NCBI RefSeq assembly: GCF_964204645.1
Contig: NC_134028.1
Location: 19,723,653-19,787,652 of the forward strand
Length of the DNA stretch: 64,000 bases
DNA from: Tubulanus polymorphus
Lineage: Eukaryota > Animalia > Nemertea
Direction: 5' to 3'
Part shown: positions 44,727 through 59,099 of the stretch, piece by piece
Layout: every line of letters starts with the position of its first letter
Numbering within the stretch: the first letter of the stretch is position 1
Notes under the pieces: model-generated
What the model was told of the DNA's origin: nothing
Seen by the model: the letters and a program-made list of their open reading frames with translations, nothing else
The model's database searches: none
Made by a program: the position numbers and the translations under genes

Positions 44727-45429
44727 ATGGGAACAGCGGCGAGTAACAACAACGCGACGACTCTTAATCCCATAGTCGCCGTTCATTCATCACCGGCGAA
44801 ATATATCAATTCAAAAACTGGATCGACATCTCACCAAACGAGTGTTAGTAAGTGAAACATCGCGGCCTCATTTCGATATGCAAATTGAAAACGAAATCTC
44901 GGCAAAACAAACTTTTTTTCAGTTATTTAGTATACGGCCTGTGCTAGTGCTTGGTAAGTTACTTTAATAGGCCTAATGCAAATGTTGTCCTATTTCCAGC
45001 GAGACCTGTTAGCGAAAATATGCCCAAAAAGTGCATGGTTCGTACGAATCATGTGGCACCAATAATCATCAAAAACTGTAAAGAAGAATTTCAGCATGTC
45101 GTAGATTTCAAAGATCCCATTGTTTATGGTAGAGTGGCGGACAATATGCCAGAACATCCTATGGTTAGGGTAAGTGAAAGTCTGGGGGGGGGGGAGGGGG
45201 GTTATCAAGTCTGAATGCGCGTTTCATTTTTAAACTAGTTAAAAAAAACCCTCGCTTTTCAGACATATAATAATGAAAGTCCTGACGAGAAATTCGATAT
45301 TATCTTTATTCTATGAGATATAATGATAATGATAATAATAATTATTATTATAACAATAATAATAATAATATTTATAATGATAACGATAACGATAACGATA
45401 ACGATAGCGATAGCGATAGCGATAGCGAT

Positions 45430-45522
<93 letters not shown>

Positions 45523-48500
45523 AATAACAATAACAATAACAATAACAATAACAATAACAATAACAATAACAATAATAATAATAATAATAATAATATTTTA
45601 TTTATCAATATATGTACAAGATCTTTAAAAGGATCGAATGAACATTGTGCTACATAATTGAAAGGACATCCCCGAGCCTAAAGGCTGTACCAAAAAGGGG
45701 GTTATATAATATCGATTATATATTATTGATTTATTGAAATCATTCACAGGAGAATTCACTGTGATCAGTGACGTCACAGTCTGTCGCTAGTGTAAAAGGG
45801 CGGTGGCTTACGCTTATTCGCAAGTGAAAGGTGAAAGTTCATTCTAATCGATTATTATCTGTACTTACATCACTCACTATTAATTGATACAAATGGGCTG
45901 CGCGTTTTGCCCACAAACATTCATCTCTGAATGTTCAATGCAGTCGTGAGATGATTCAATTCAATGCAATGCTTTTGTACTGCATAGAGATGATAATCTT
46001 TGTTTATTCTTTTTTAACAGGCCCGAAAATCACGCAATACGAAATATTAATATTTTAGTGTAAAAAGCTTCTCGTGAAATTTCAGAATAAATATTTCATG
46101 GCTCTGGATGTTGGGCATAAAGTCGATCAGTTAGGAACGTTGAAACAGTATAAAGCGCCCAATGTCCGCTACGCTAAGGGTGATCTGCCGGTTTATGGTT
46201 TAGGGCAGCCGACACTGGAAGGGCTCGAACTACTAATCGGTAATCTTAAAGATGACGGGTATCAGGTACATGTCACGTGGTTGGATAAGTCGCTCATTCT
46301 AACGTAAATGTTGAACTGAGTATTAACTTAAAGTTTTCACAATCAAGGATAGATTTCAGATCGGTCCAAGATCATATTTACGGAAGACCCTTGGTGACAT
46401 ACGAGATGATCTTTTCACTGCAGGTTCGACTTATTATGTCGGAATTCGAGATAATAGTTCCATTTTCGACATAATTAAATCGAAATTCGACATAATAAGT
46501 CGAATTTCGAGTTAATCATGTCGAATTTGAGTTAATTATGTAGAATTTCGAGTTTATTATGTCGAATTTCGAGTTATTTTTATGTCGAATTTCGAGATAA
46601 TAAATCTAATTGAAAATAACACAAAATACGACATAATTAACTCGAAATTCGACATAATAAGTCGACATAAAAAGTCGAATTTCGACGTTATAAGTCGAAA
46701 TTGTGAAAAAATTATCTTGTATGTCACCAAGGGGCTTCCATCGGCTTCCGTACAATTGTTTCTAGATGAGAATAGAATCTTTCGAGTAACGACAACTTTT
46801 AGAAACTCCACTAACAGTTGAATTAACCAATACATTGAATTTTATACGAGCCTCTTATAAGCCACCCCTGATATATATTTATATTTATATGTATATATAG
46901 GATATATTTGTGATTAATTTGAGAGCTGAACCGGTATTATTTCTGAGAGATGGCTATGATTTAGTGCCTTGTACTCCGCGCTGTCAGAACAGTTTGAACG
47001 AATTACCGATAGATACGTCAATGTCGGCTGAAGAGGTCGACGCGTTCGAGGTGAAAATCAGAAAAGAGGTACGTATTGATAAAAGGCATAGAATTCACTA
47101 ACACCTTCAGTTGTAAGTTCAAATTTACCTCTAAATTACACGAATCCTAGGATCCGCCTTTACCTGATTTGATGTCGATTTAGAGTTACATAAGTTAGTT
47201 CATTTCCAGTGTTTTAACTCCAAAGTGAAACATTGACCGAGAACTTGGTACTAGGGTTATTGGAAATTAACTAGTTGACATTACAGTTAGAATAGTTCAT
47301 GTCCAAGTATTCAACTCTGGATTCTGGGCTTACTATCTAAGATGTGATGTACGTTTTTTTCTGTGTTTTAATAGATAATCGATTTGTCGACACTTGACGC
47401 TGATAATAAATTCTGGTTTTATGAAGATATTGAAATGTCAGATATAAAACCACCACGGCAGTCATTAGTGAAGTACGAAGACGATCTCAGTGTATCAGAG
47501 GAGATTTTCTGTAGACCTACCTTCACTGAACCCGGACTCAGGTAAAGTAATAAGTTTACGTCGAAGCTAATGGTACTATAGGACTCAACCTCAGTCCAAG
47601 TCAGTTTCGCGCCTACGTTGAATCGTATAAAAGAGACTATACGAATTGACGTCAGACTATTATCAACATTAACTATTTGACTAATGCAACTGGTTATGAA
47701 AGTGTAGGTGTTAATATTTCAGATATGTGCGAATGTGCCTTCCTCTAAATGGAGCTCCAAAAGAACGCGATATTGACGCGTTTATCAATATATTCAAGGT
47801 ACATAGTTTCGATATTAACTATTAAGCAGCTATCCCCCTTCGTTACATTAGTAGTTATTAGGTTGCAGAATTTCCACTACCGGTACATCCCGTGAAATAT
47901 GTTGAGAGTAAACAGTACCTAGTTTTATCCACCAACCATAGTTGTGAAAACCAGGACCTCAGTTCAATTTGTGGGAAATAGGACCAAGTTCTACGGTTGT
48001 GGAAATCAGGAGCCAATGCCATTTCCACAGTTGTGGAAATTAGGACCGAGTTCTACAGTTGTGGAAATCAGCAGCCGATACCAGGGCAGTTCTACGGTTG
48101 TGGAAACCAGTTCCATCGTTCAATTCTATGGATTTTGTTCTCATGAACTAAACTTATTGCTTTTGAAAATAGTCAAGATCACAGTTAGCTTGAGTGTGTC
48201 CGTCCTAAAAGTAGGGTTTTACATAATTCAAGTAAAAAACTTTTAGATTCGGAGTGCTTACGTACCTCATTTCTCTGTACCCCAAATACACGTTATATGC
48301 AGTGACAAAGCTTCGGGGCACTCGTGACCTCAGGTAATAATCTTTTAATCATTGTCATTTCATAAGAATAAAATAAAGGTTGGATATTCAACCGACTAGG
48401 GGTAAGCTAGGGCTGATGATGCAAGATGATACCTGAATGTACAGGACCCAACCATGAGTCGGTCTATTTTGTCGGCCTGAATCTTAGCTAAGGGGGTCAA

Positions 48501-51500
48501 GAACTACTCAAACATTCATTTTACTAATAGTCCGTGTTATTTTGTGTGTCTCAAGTCACCCTTCACCTTGGGGTAACATGAGAAAAAATCAGAAAATCAT
48601 TAGAGATATTTTTCACCATGCCGCGAGCTGAAGAGGGACGGTCTATTGTTGATCAAATCATTCGGGTGGAATGTATAGGCAAGACCTCAAGCTGCGATGT
48701 AAAAAAATCACAAATAAGTGCGTCTAGTCACCCCGTGTCAAGTCAAACTGTGGAACTGGGTCAATCAATCCACTTCAAATTTTAAACTGGAGCTTAACTG
48801 TTAGTCAATCAAGATAATCCCAAGGTAGTAGTCTATAAAAGTCTACAATATGCATGGGCGTCCGCAGGATTTTTTGGGGAGATCGTCTTCAGGAATAGAG
48901 GGGGTCTTGAGGTCCTACCCCTGAAAATTTCTTGCAAGCAGGCGCGTTCTGGTGCAATCTGAGGCCGATAGGAAGACTGGTTATCGTTTAATTTGCACGT
49001 ATCGATTTTGTTTTGCTAACTTAGCAAATGCAGAACATGTGCCGACGTTTGTCGACGTTTGAAAATTCAAAAAGGGGGTCCCCTGATTTGTTCTATAAAT
49101 TTCCTATCTTTTTTCAGGACACACCTTACTTCTTCGAACAAAAATATAAAGATTTCCCGGTGTTGATGTTTATTTGTCAGACAGGTGTCGGCAGGTCTAA
49201 TATCGGTATGGTACTCGGTAGTCTGGTATATTCAAACCTGCACGGATTCCCTGTAGAAACTCAGCGATCCAGGCATCCTATAAGTGATAAAACTGCGAAC
49301 TATGAAAGAGGAGAATTTAGAATCATTCAACAGTTAACTCAGATGATCGTCGATGGACAAATCAGGAAACAGGAAGTCGACTCGGCTATTGATATGTGTT
49401 CGCAGTTGTATAATCTAAGAACTGAACTTTATAAAAGTAAACAACTGCTAGAAAGTATCCAAGAGGATTATGTCGTAGAGGTTTGTATCCACATGATCTA
49501 CAGTTTCGCTTAGTGTATTCACCTATCCTTACACGATCCATGGTTCCACAGATATTTGACACTGCTCGGTCCAACCTGGTTCATTCTGTGGAAGCCAGGA
49601 ACCACAGTCACGATTTGCTCAATATTTACAGCCAATCTAGGAACCTAATAGGCAATCTTGCTCTGACTCGTGAAGAGTTTTAGTTATATAAATCTAGTAG
49701 ATATTGGTGTGTGCATCTCATGTTAATTCATGCCTATGTTACAGGGAGTTGGTGCTAAGGATTTCTACAGAAAGAAAGCCACAGATTTACTAGAATGTTA
49801 CTTCTATTTGATTTGTTTTAACGCTTATCTTAACGAACAAGTGAGTGTTCCACACAATCCCCTCCCTTCTCATCGGTGCCGATTAAAATCACGAAAATTG
49901 ATTAATTTGATATTTTGACTTTTCAGTATTCGAAATTGTTTAATTTGACGTTTGAGAAATGGATGAAATCCCACATCAATCTTACTCGTTTACTGAGTCA
50001 ATTAGACATTTCTGAAAGGAAGGCGGATCCAACAATATTGAGCAGAGCTCATCGATATCTGGTAATTATATTTTACAACAGAACTATTCAAAATTTGAAT
50101 TGATTCTTAGTAATCATACATTCAGGTCTATGCCAGGGTAGTTCGTTATTACTAAGTTTTCTTCCGAAATAGTATCTTTTATTGGCAGAAAACAATGTCA
50201 TAGTTTGTAACCATTTAACTGCGGTGATCAAGCAGGTGCAAAATATATTCACAATCAATACCCTATACAGGCCCATGGGGCCGGGATTCTGAAGGTTCAA
50301 ATGAGCGGCACCAACCTCATCCACGAAGGTCCTGATGCCGGCCTAAAGAAAATTTGGGCGGCGATTTAAAACAATTCACTCATAGGTGACACTTTTTCAG
50401 TTTTAAATTTACTTGATTCGAGGCCGAATTGCAGGAAAATGCAACATAACTCTTCCGTGTTCACTTCAATATGCCAGAAGCCGTGAAACTCCTGGGGAAA
50501 GCGCTGTCAGGATCTCCAACTAAAATTACCTGTTGCCCGCGTACGGTTCCGCATAAAGAGTCCACCTTCGTGTCAATCGAATGCTCCTAAAACCATGGTT
50601 GGCTACAGGCCTGACTCTAATTACGAGGGTTTCTACTCATGTTTATGCGGGTATATTCTCCAACTGGTATTTTCAAGGAAATTTCACCTCACTTGCCACG
50701 GCCTGGTTTAATATTCGAATGTACATGTTGTTATTTTCTGTAGGTTATGGATGACTATATTTGTTTGGATGTTTTAAGTTCACAAATGGATGTAAAAGTA
50801 TCAAACTTCCGTCGCATACAGGCTCTTCCTGTGTATGGTATGGCTCAACCATGCCGCCAGGTATGGTAGTAAATAAGTATATCAACATTAAAACTTCGAT
50901 ATCGAAAGTCACTTTATTTAGCTTCAATCTTAATGTCGAAACATACCTGAGTTGAAGTACGTATGAAACGTTAATTGAAGCACATGATTAATAAATCCAC
51001 TTAGTCTTTCCTGTATAAATAAACAAATCAAACTTTGAGCTACTGCCTGGGGTGATAACTATCATATAGTTATCACCCTAAAGGTGGCTAAAATTTTGTT
51101 TTGAAGTAAATCACCAGGTAAAGTCTCTTATTGGCTCTGTCCCAAAGTTATCGTTTATTAAAAGATTGATCTTTAGTTGTGTTATTTTGCTATAGAATAA
51201 AAAAATGGCCATAAAATCTAAGTCATCACCGAGCAAATTGCAGGGGCAACAATGAGTTCATAATCGTCACTAAAGATTAGCTATCCACGGACTCTGAGCC
51301 ACTGGTATCCCCTGATTTTCTCATTTGGAATAACTGAGATTGACAGGTATTTTGTTGAATACATATTTCAGGGTCTTTCAACCGTTTACAGTCACTTAAC
51401 TACTAAAAAACAGGGCCATCCGTACGTGGTGTTCTTTAACCTGAGAGACGACGTCACACTAGAATGTAACGGTATTACCTATAGTTACAGAGATCCATCA

Positions 51501-54500
51501 AAACTAGATTTACCGATTACATTACCAGGCATATCAGCGACTGAAATTGAGGTAGGGGGCGTCTGGATTGACAACGATAATGACACATTTATATCTAACG
51601 ATAAGCTCCTTAGCCTGAAATTCATATAGCATTTTCTTTTTAAACTAATTGAAAAGTAATAAGTCGATTTCATAGATTTCATTATTGTGTAAATTTTAGT
51701 AATTTGAATCTATAGAGTGTAGTCTATATTGCATGCATGTGATATATTGAACGAAATGGACTGTCTCTAAACACATAGATGGATACAGATTGAAACCAAC
51801 CAATAATCAATTGATATCAAATATCAAACGAGATTTCTTGTTTCTAATCAATTCTTATTCTGAAAACCATTCAATGATCCATGAGAGACAGGGGGTGGGG
51901 GCAGCGAATGGAGTAGGGAGTGAGGGGCAGTGCAGATGAATAGGTTAGGTGGAGAGTGGAATCGGGTTTCTCATGCTGCATATTAATTTACCCGATGATT
52001 CTATTCTTGTAGAGCATTGAAGATATTTACAAGAAAGAAGTGAAAAAAAAGAAATCTTTTGAGGTAAATTCTCTTCCAATCTTCCTCTAATGAGCTGATG
52101 AAAAATCGATTTACTGCTGGCTGTCTGCCAACCAGTTCCATTTATAAATCAACAAAAAAACCCAATCTCGATTAAACACGGAATTATTCGGCTCACCTTA
52201 CGCAATAAAATGAGTGATTCTAAAATGGATGATGTCAAACATTTATCGTTCTAATGATTTCGAGATTAATGTAAATCTTATCTTCAGAAAAACAGCAATG
52301 GAAAAAATGATGACACTGATGAAACAGTATTAAAAAAGGAAAAACTATTTTTGCTTTTTTCATACATCAATTTAGGCCTACAATTAAAAGTTCGATTTCT
52401 TAAAATACTATTCATCATTATCATCATCTACTAATTACTATTTCTCTGAAGATGAGCCTTGAATTTATCTCGAAACCATTAGACGGATGAATGTAAGATG
52501 TAATCAACTGCGGAGTCGTTCATTTTCTTCTACACAGAATACGACTGTCACCTTGCGAAATTCCCTATATCGAGATGAGCTGATATTTCTAGGTTTTTTC
52601 CTGCTATATCTAGGTCTATAAAGAGTTGAATGCACCTCGTGAACTGGTAGAGTTTCAAAAAGTTTCAACGTGTTTGGACCTGTTTGAGCAGCAAAGAGAG
52701 GAATCGCCGGAACTGTTGTATTATAGGATTCCTATATGTGATGATCGAGCAATTGAAGAAAAGGTTACAATTGAAATTTCCCTCAGAATTCAGTTCCGCA
52801 GTTCAGCACCGAGTTTGGTTGAGTTTGAGTTAAAGTAGAATAAGTTTGAATCCAATGTTTTATCCTTGAGTCAAATACTAACTGAGAACCGCTGAAGTGG
52901 ATCCGGGGGTATTTATATTATACCCACCCATACGAATATAATAGTCGACCTGTTTTAACAAAGTTTAACAGATAGCTCGACATTTGGAAACTTTGAAAAC
53001 TGGTTTCTTCAAACGCATATTATGCTTACTTTATTTGGGGTACACATCTCATTTTATTGCTTTAAACATGACCACAAAATTGCAACGACTGAAGATCTGA
53101 TATTGTTTCAGTTCTGTACCAATAAGAAGGATTGCCTAAGAGTTTCCTTCAATCAAGTTAAATCACACAAAAAGCCTTAATATGCCTGCATTTTGTGAAA
53201 TGTCTTGAATTTGAACATTACCTTGATTTTGTTCACTCGGTGTTGAGAGTGACCGGTTCGCGGCGCTCAATAACTGCGTGTACTAAAGAGCTCGCGTGAA
53301 CCGGGTCGCGATAGCGTTATACCACTGACACTAAGGATCTCAGTGTATGATTTTGTTGTTGTCACCCCAAGAAAATAACTTTTGGTAGGCGTGGTATCAA
53401 TATGTTGACATTCAAGGAATTTCACAAGAAGAAGGGTTTCTCTCTTATTCAATTCAACTCTTTTTGCAATCCTGATATCGGATATTCAGTCGTTTTCCGT
53501 GATTTACGTGATGGTCACATTTAGAGCAAAATAAGGTACCGGGTACCCCAAAAAGTAATATCCCGTAGAACTGGTCTCAATTATTATTCATAAATGGATC
53601 AAAACGTCAAATTCCATTTCTAATTTCCTAATTGCTGCAAAATCAAAAAGAAATTCACTTTTAATTCCGATTTTGTAACTATCCATTCTGCGGAAACATT
53701 ATTTCCATATGCATTTATTGTAATGTGTAATCATTTCTTACTAAGTAGGCCTTGAATGGTACAATTTCATTTTCTTCTATTTATATTCATATGATCACTA
53801 CAATAAATAGATATACCTATAATCAAATAAGTAGATAAGCAACTTTGATTAAAAATAGATACACCCACTTTTCTGAGTGCACTGTAAATCTTCACGCGAA
53901 TCACAAATATCCGTGTTTTACATATATATATATATGTATATATATAGGATATTGATCAGTTGGTATCTATATTAAGTAACATTGAAAGTATAGATTGCGA
54001 TGAATTTGGACCTGCACTGGTGTTTTTCTGTCGTACTGGTAAAGGTCGCACGACGACAGCTATGGCAATCGCTGGTCTCATCGTTTGTCACAGGAAGGTA
54101 TAGTTACTATGGTTACAAATGATTGATTACGTGAATATGAAATAATTTCAGTAAATATTTCAAAATATTTATGTTATTCTATTTTAGGGATTCCCGTATG
54201 GAACTAAACCCGGCGAGGAGGAGCGAGTCTCACTTCCAAATGCTGCTTTTACTAAAGGGGATTTCCAGGTATTAGTTCAACAATATTCCACTTGGTAGCG
54301 TGACTGAATGCCGGTTGTCATATTGTAAAAATGAGTTTATTATGTTATGAATAAACTTTTCAAACTTGATTAAAAAGCGATTATTTATGAACCAATTTAC
54401 AATTTCGCAATCAATACGATTACGCACGATAATTCTTGAAAAGACCATCAACATTTCGTTCTGTAAATCCTTTGGTAAGCGATTTTTTTCTACCGGCCAG

Positions 54501-55641
54501 GGTTGGGTTTCCCAATGCGCATGCGCGAACCCGCTGGACTTGGAAAATTTCGTTCACCAAATTCTTTGCGCCGGGTTGAAATCTTTTTATGTTTCGTATT
54601 GATTTTATAGATAGTACAGCGCCTGGTGCGTCGAATCCCGAATGGACAACAAGTCAAACGAGAAGTCGATTTTATACTGGATCAATGTTCAGAAACAATG
54701 ACACCAATGCACTATCACATACGCGAAGAGATATTTGTCACTTATAATTGGGTAAAACATATTCTTAGACATCGGATTGTAGGTCATTAACAAGCTTTCT
54801 ACAGGCCATTAGAAAATACACACAAGAACTGCAATATAATTTGAAGGGTAAAAGTTTGAATGCAATCACAATGAATGCATTTGGGATAATCTTTCCATGA
54901 TTGAAGTTTTTGAAAAATGTCATCAATATATCGGGGCTGGACTGGTTGCCGTTCAATTCAATTTGACTATCTATTCAAATCCAAAATATTTTCATCGATC
55001 TTCAGTATTAAATGATTTATATTATATCATTCATTGTCAACACAATTAAGAAATAAATAGGCCCATATGTTATTTCTTAAATGGCGTCAATAAACGTTCA
55101 AGTTAGTTATCTTGTTATCGTGGATAATCTAACGATTTCATCATCGTGTAGATAATCTGATGATTTCATCATCGTCGTGCACCTGATGAGCACCTGTTCT
55201 ATATTCTAGGGCTTTTTCATTCGACAATGATTGGATTATTAATTTTGTTGTTTATGTTGCAGTTGAAAAAGGCGAAATCAGACGAAGAAAGGCAGTTTAC
55301 AAAACGTCGCAGTTTAGATTATCTGGAACGTTATCTTTATTTGATATTGTTTAATGCGTATCTTCACTCAGAGAGGGCGTCTATGTGGGAGCGTCCATTC
55401 AGTGTCTGGCTAAAAGAGGTATACAATAATTCTCACAAATCACGAAGTTTTCGCATCTACTTGATGTTTGTTATTGAATGCATTTATGAACTTTCAGATC
55501 GGTGGTCGAGTTGGTTTTTACGATATTCTCGATGACTTAGCATTTTACGATTTCGAGTCGAAGCCCTGTGAATTACGTCACATCCGCAATCGATGGCGAC
55601 TTCCAGCTTCGAAGATCCCATTCACCGGAGTGTTCCATTAG
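44727..55641 (+). CDS. PALD1: Paladin (PTP-like/phosphoinositide phosphatase)
   Basis: Myristoylation start MGTAAS and VAPIIIKNCKEEFQH. Two CX5R motifs (FICQTGVGRS, FFCRTGKGRTTTAM) and SLDYLERYLYLILFNAYLH. Exons 44727-44847, 45000-45169, 46086-46265, 46901-47068, 47375-47541, 47723-47798, 49118-49480, 49745-49840, 49927-50061, 50744-50860, 51372-51551, 52013-52063, 52614-52763, 53948-54097, 54188-54268, 54611-54751, 55263-55418, 55498-55641. Confidence 0.92.
45320..45595. repeat. Compound microsatellite grading through AAT, GATAAC, GATAGC, GACAGC, GACAAC, AATAAC and back to AAT
   Basis: Directly visible. Confidence 0.97.
46379..46752. mobile_element. MITE with internal ~21-bp repeats in both orientations
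   Basis: GGAAGACCCTTGGTGACATAC / GTATGTCACCAAGGGGCTTCC ends; internal TGTCGAATTTCGAG repeats. Confidence 0.75.
47935..48135. repeat. Degenerate tandem repeat (GTTCTACGGTTGTGGAAA core)
   Basis: About six visible units. Confidence 0.7.
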
Positions 55642-56080
55642 AACTCTGATCGTTCACCGGAGTGTTCCATTAGAACTCTGATCGTTCACCGGAGTGTTCC
55701 ATTAGAACTCTGATCGTTCACCGGAGTGTTCCATTAGAACTCTGATCGTTCGCGGGAGTGTTCCATTAGAACTCTGATCGTTCGCGGGAGTGTTCCATTA
55801 GAACTCTGATCGTTCGCGGGAGTGTTCCATTAGAACTCTGGTCGTTCACGTGAGTGTTCCCCTAGACCGCCGATTGTTCACGGGAGTGTTCCATTGTGGT
55901 CGTTAATGGAAATGAGAGAGGTCGTTAATGAAAATGTTCCGCTAGAACTAATTCCGGTCGTTTGCGCGAGTGTTCCTCTAGACCGCTGATCGTTCACGGA
56001 AGTTTTCCACTAGACCGCTGATCGTTCACGGAAGTTTTCCACTAGAACTCTGGTCGTTCGCGCGAGTGTTCCACTAGAAC
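55621..56080 (+). repeat. 32-bp tandem repeat starting inside the last paladin codons
   Basis: TTCACCGGAGTGTTCCATTAGAACTCTGATCG, about 7 near-exact units and then degenerate ones. Confidence 0.95.
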
Positions 56081-56844
56081 TAAGATCTTCCTTTATTGGG
56101 ACCCACCAGATCTCAGAGATCTTTCCCTCCATAAACTCCGATTAATGTCAATCAGAGGGTTTTTTACTAGTAGAAAAAATGAGATTTTAAAAACTTTTAC
56201 AACAGATTTCTCTAAGGGTACTGCCGTCCTCTGTTAGTGATGCCACCGTCCTCTATATTAGGTGACATCTCAATTCTCAATGTTGTGTTAATTTCTAGAT
56301 TTTTGGATATTGTTGTGAATTTGTAGATTAAGTTATTGTGATAAAGCAAGTTCGACACGCCCCCTATCGAGTAAACTGAATTATCTGAGTTGTCACACTT
56401 TCTATATGATTTGGGATGTCACGCTCCGTTCTACGTGTCGATTTTTTGTGTTTTATTATTCATGCATGAAACCAAAACAATGTTAGTTTTGTCTAAGAAT
56501 AAAAATATCTATTTTCAAAAAATCATCTAATGTATACGTATGTATAATGGCTTTTTGTATATGGAGTAGAGTGAAAAAATAGCAACGAGGAAGAGTTAAT
56601 GCCATCAGTGCCATGGCGACGAGTAAGTGTTGACACCCAAAGGAACGACTGTTTTATATATAGAATTTTATTTCTGTTTACACATATATTATATTATGAT
56701 TACTCTGTATTTCTGATACAATATTGAAGCACTATACATAAACTAACTGCATTCGACATTCTACTGTTGACACTAGTAATGGTGCCGATTAAACATTTAC
56801 AAACATAAACAATCGTTATAAATCCCCGCGTTCGGTGTCTAGTT

Positions 56845-59099
56845 CTAAGCGTGTGAAGACATATGTCGCGTTAAATGATGTCTTTCTTTAAATGTTTCAT
56901 TGCAAACGGTGCATTTTAACTTCTCTTCTCGTTTTCGTTTGACCGGATCGAATTCTCGTTTGTGATGTGATCTCATGTGATAAACTAAATCGCTCGTCAT
57001 TCGGAAGGTCGCGTTGCATTTTGCGCACCAATTCTGTAACGAGGGAACATTAACCATGTTCATAGACGAAGGTAATAGAGGGGGTAGAGTTAGTAAGCGT
57101 TCCACCATCGGATTCGTAGGTTTCATATTATGCGGCTGTAGTCCGGGTATTTGCATATCTGAGTACATTTGCATTTTACTACCACTAGGAGTCGCTAGTG
57201 GCCGGTCGAGAGTTTCCGGTAATGGTGGTCGAGTGAAACTCGTTGCTTTCATTTGTAAACGATGCGCGTGCGCATCTGATAAATTTATTGGGAAGTTTTC
57301 GGTGTATCCCGCGGTTGCTACGGAAACGGGTGGTAAAATTTGAGAACGAATATTAACCGGAAACGCGTTGAATTGTGGTCTATATCCGGTAGTAATGTTT
57401 AACGGCGTTGGAATGTCATTTTCTGATATTCTCACTGGTGACGTCACGATAGGAGTTCGGACAGGTGTTAAACCTGGCATTGAAGGATAGTTCCTTGAAT
57501 TGTCACCAGGCGGTGATATTGGGTTTTTTGGCGATTGGGATTTTTCGACTTTCCTGAACGCACTTCCGGAGTTACATTTGTCTTTTTGTTCAGATTTATC
57601 ATTTTCATTCGACGTTTCAGAAATATTGTTTACATTTTGATTTTTATCCAAACAGATGACGTCAGTCACATGAGTGCCAACATCGATGATGTCATCATCG
57701 TCATCATCATCTGACATCACTTCCGCTCGACGCTTCGGCGGGAAATCCTCATTGTCAACTTCCACGCGCCATTTTCTCTTCCTGTCCGTGTCTTGTAGTA
57801 AATTACTGATCGAATGCGACGTCACTTTATCGGGCGCTTTATTTGGTGACGCCAATGTTTTATGTTGTCCTATTTTAGAGAAGTCTGTTGTACAAAATCC
57901 GCGTGGGTGTTGATTGCTTATCGTAAACATGGTTGGGTTTTTAGTAAGGTCAAGGCCATTCACACTGGAAGTGACGCGACGCCGGAAGTCACATTTAAAT
58001 CTCATGTGAGCACGGAGAGTGTTCGGGTAGTGGAATTTACAGTTGCACATTGGACACGTCATCAAACCATCTTCTAAAACAAAACATATCCATCGATGAA
58101 TTAAGGACACACTTCAGATATTCAACATTGAAATACTGCATATTTATAATGATTTTCATATTAAAGCGGCGGCCATTTTGGTGTTCATACGAGAATCGGT
58201 CAAAACGGTAGATTTAGCAGTCCCGTTTAGCCCAAGTCACGTTATATGCCACCAAAACTAAGCACTAGTCTAATTCCACCATACCTTTGACATAAAACGG
58301 CTGCACTTCCGGGATACCGAGTATTAACGCAAACTGTCTGCTATACCAGGCTGTGATTGGCTGATTTTGATAAATTGTTTTAATTACTCTGTAATAAATA
58401 TGTCGGTCTTTACTGAAAACCTCTACATTCATTTCATGTTCGTCACGTGACGGGTTTATAAATGGTAACCATTCCATCATCTTACTCGTGTCTTTAAGCG
58501 TTACCAGATCAACCTGCCGAAACCAGATATATACACAGTTCAAATGCTGCCAAAAGACATCATCTACGCATATCATCATTCAAAATCAATTGAAAAAAAA
58601 AATGTTTCATTCAATTTCAATACATCGCTTACCTTTGTCATGGGAATATCTGGGTATTTATCCAAGGTCATGTGACCTATCAGATACGCCGGGTCAGTCA
58701 ATGTCATCATGGGCGGTATTGGTCCGAAGGTTTCTCCGAACGGGATCTCGTCTATTGCCATGAGTCCCATGGTTGAAATCTGAAAATATATGGACATTTT
58801 TGAACAGAGTTTAATGGCGAAATCAGTGTTTCCGGTTCAGTGACAAATAGTTATAGTGTGTTCAACAATCCGCGGATGGTTTTTTTACGCAATATTTATT
58901 TTTTGATTTATTTCGCTTTCGCTCGTCAATTTTCATTTCGTACCAAATTCTGACCGTTTCATTATAAAGTTCTGCGTTATCTCAGTACGGGCAAATAAAC
59001 TCTACTAGCGACTGGCTCATCCATCACCGGCGTGGCTGCTGCTGCTGCTGCTGCTGGTTCACGCCAATATTCATCCCAAATAGGACGAACTGATGTCAT
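56845..59099 (-). CDS. PRDM8: PR/SET-domain zinc finger protein, PRDM8/ZNF488-like
   Basis: Exons 59028-59099, 58633-58779 (DEIPFGETFGP), ~58284-58513 (MEWLPFINPSRDEHEMNV..IYYRVIK..AWY), 56845-58074. Isolated C2HC finger and C-terminal QNWCAKCNATFRMTSDLVYHMRSHH..KLKC..FKERHHLTRHM typical of PRDM8/ZNF488. Confidence 0.88.

Noticed and set aside
45313-45657. Poly-N/D/S, poly-I/T and poly-L/S ORFs
   Set aside because: Translations of an intronic microsatellite.
55621-55860. 32-bp direct repeats as a CRISPR array
   Set aside because: Units are head-to-tail with no unique spacers.
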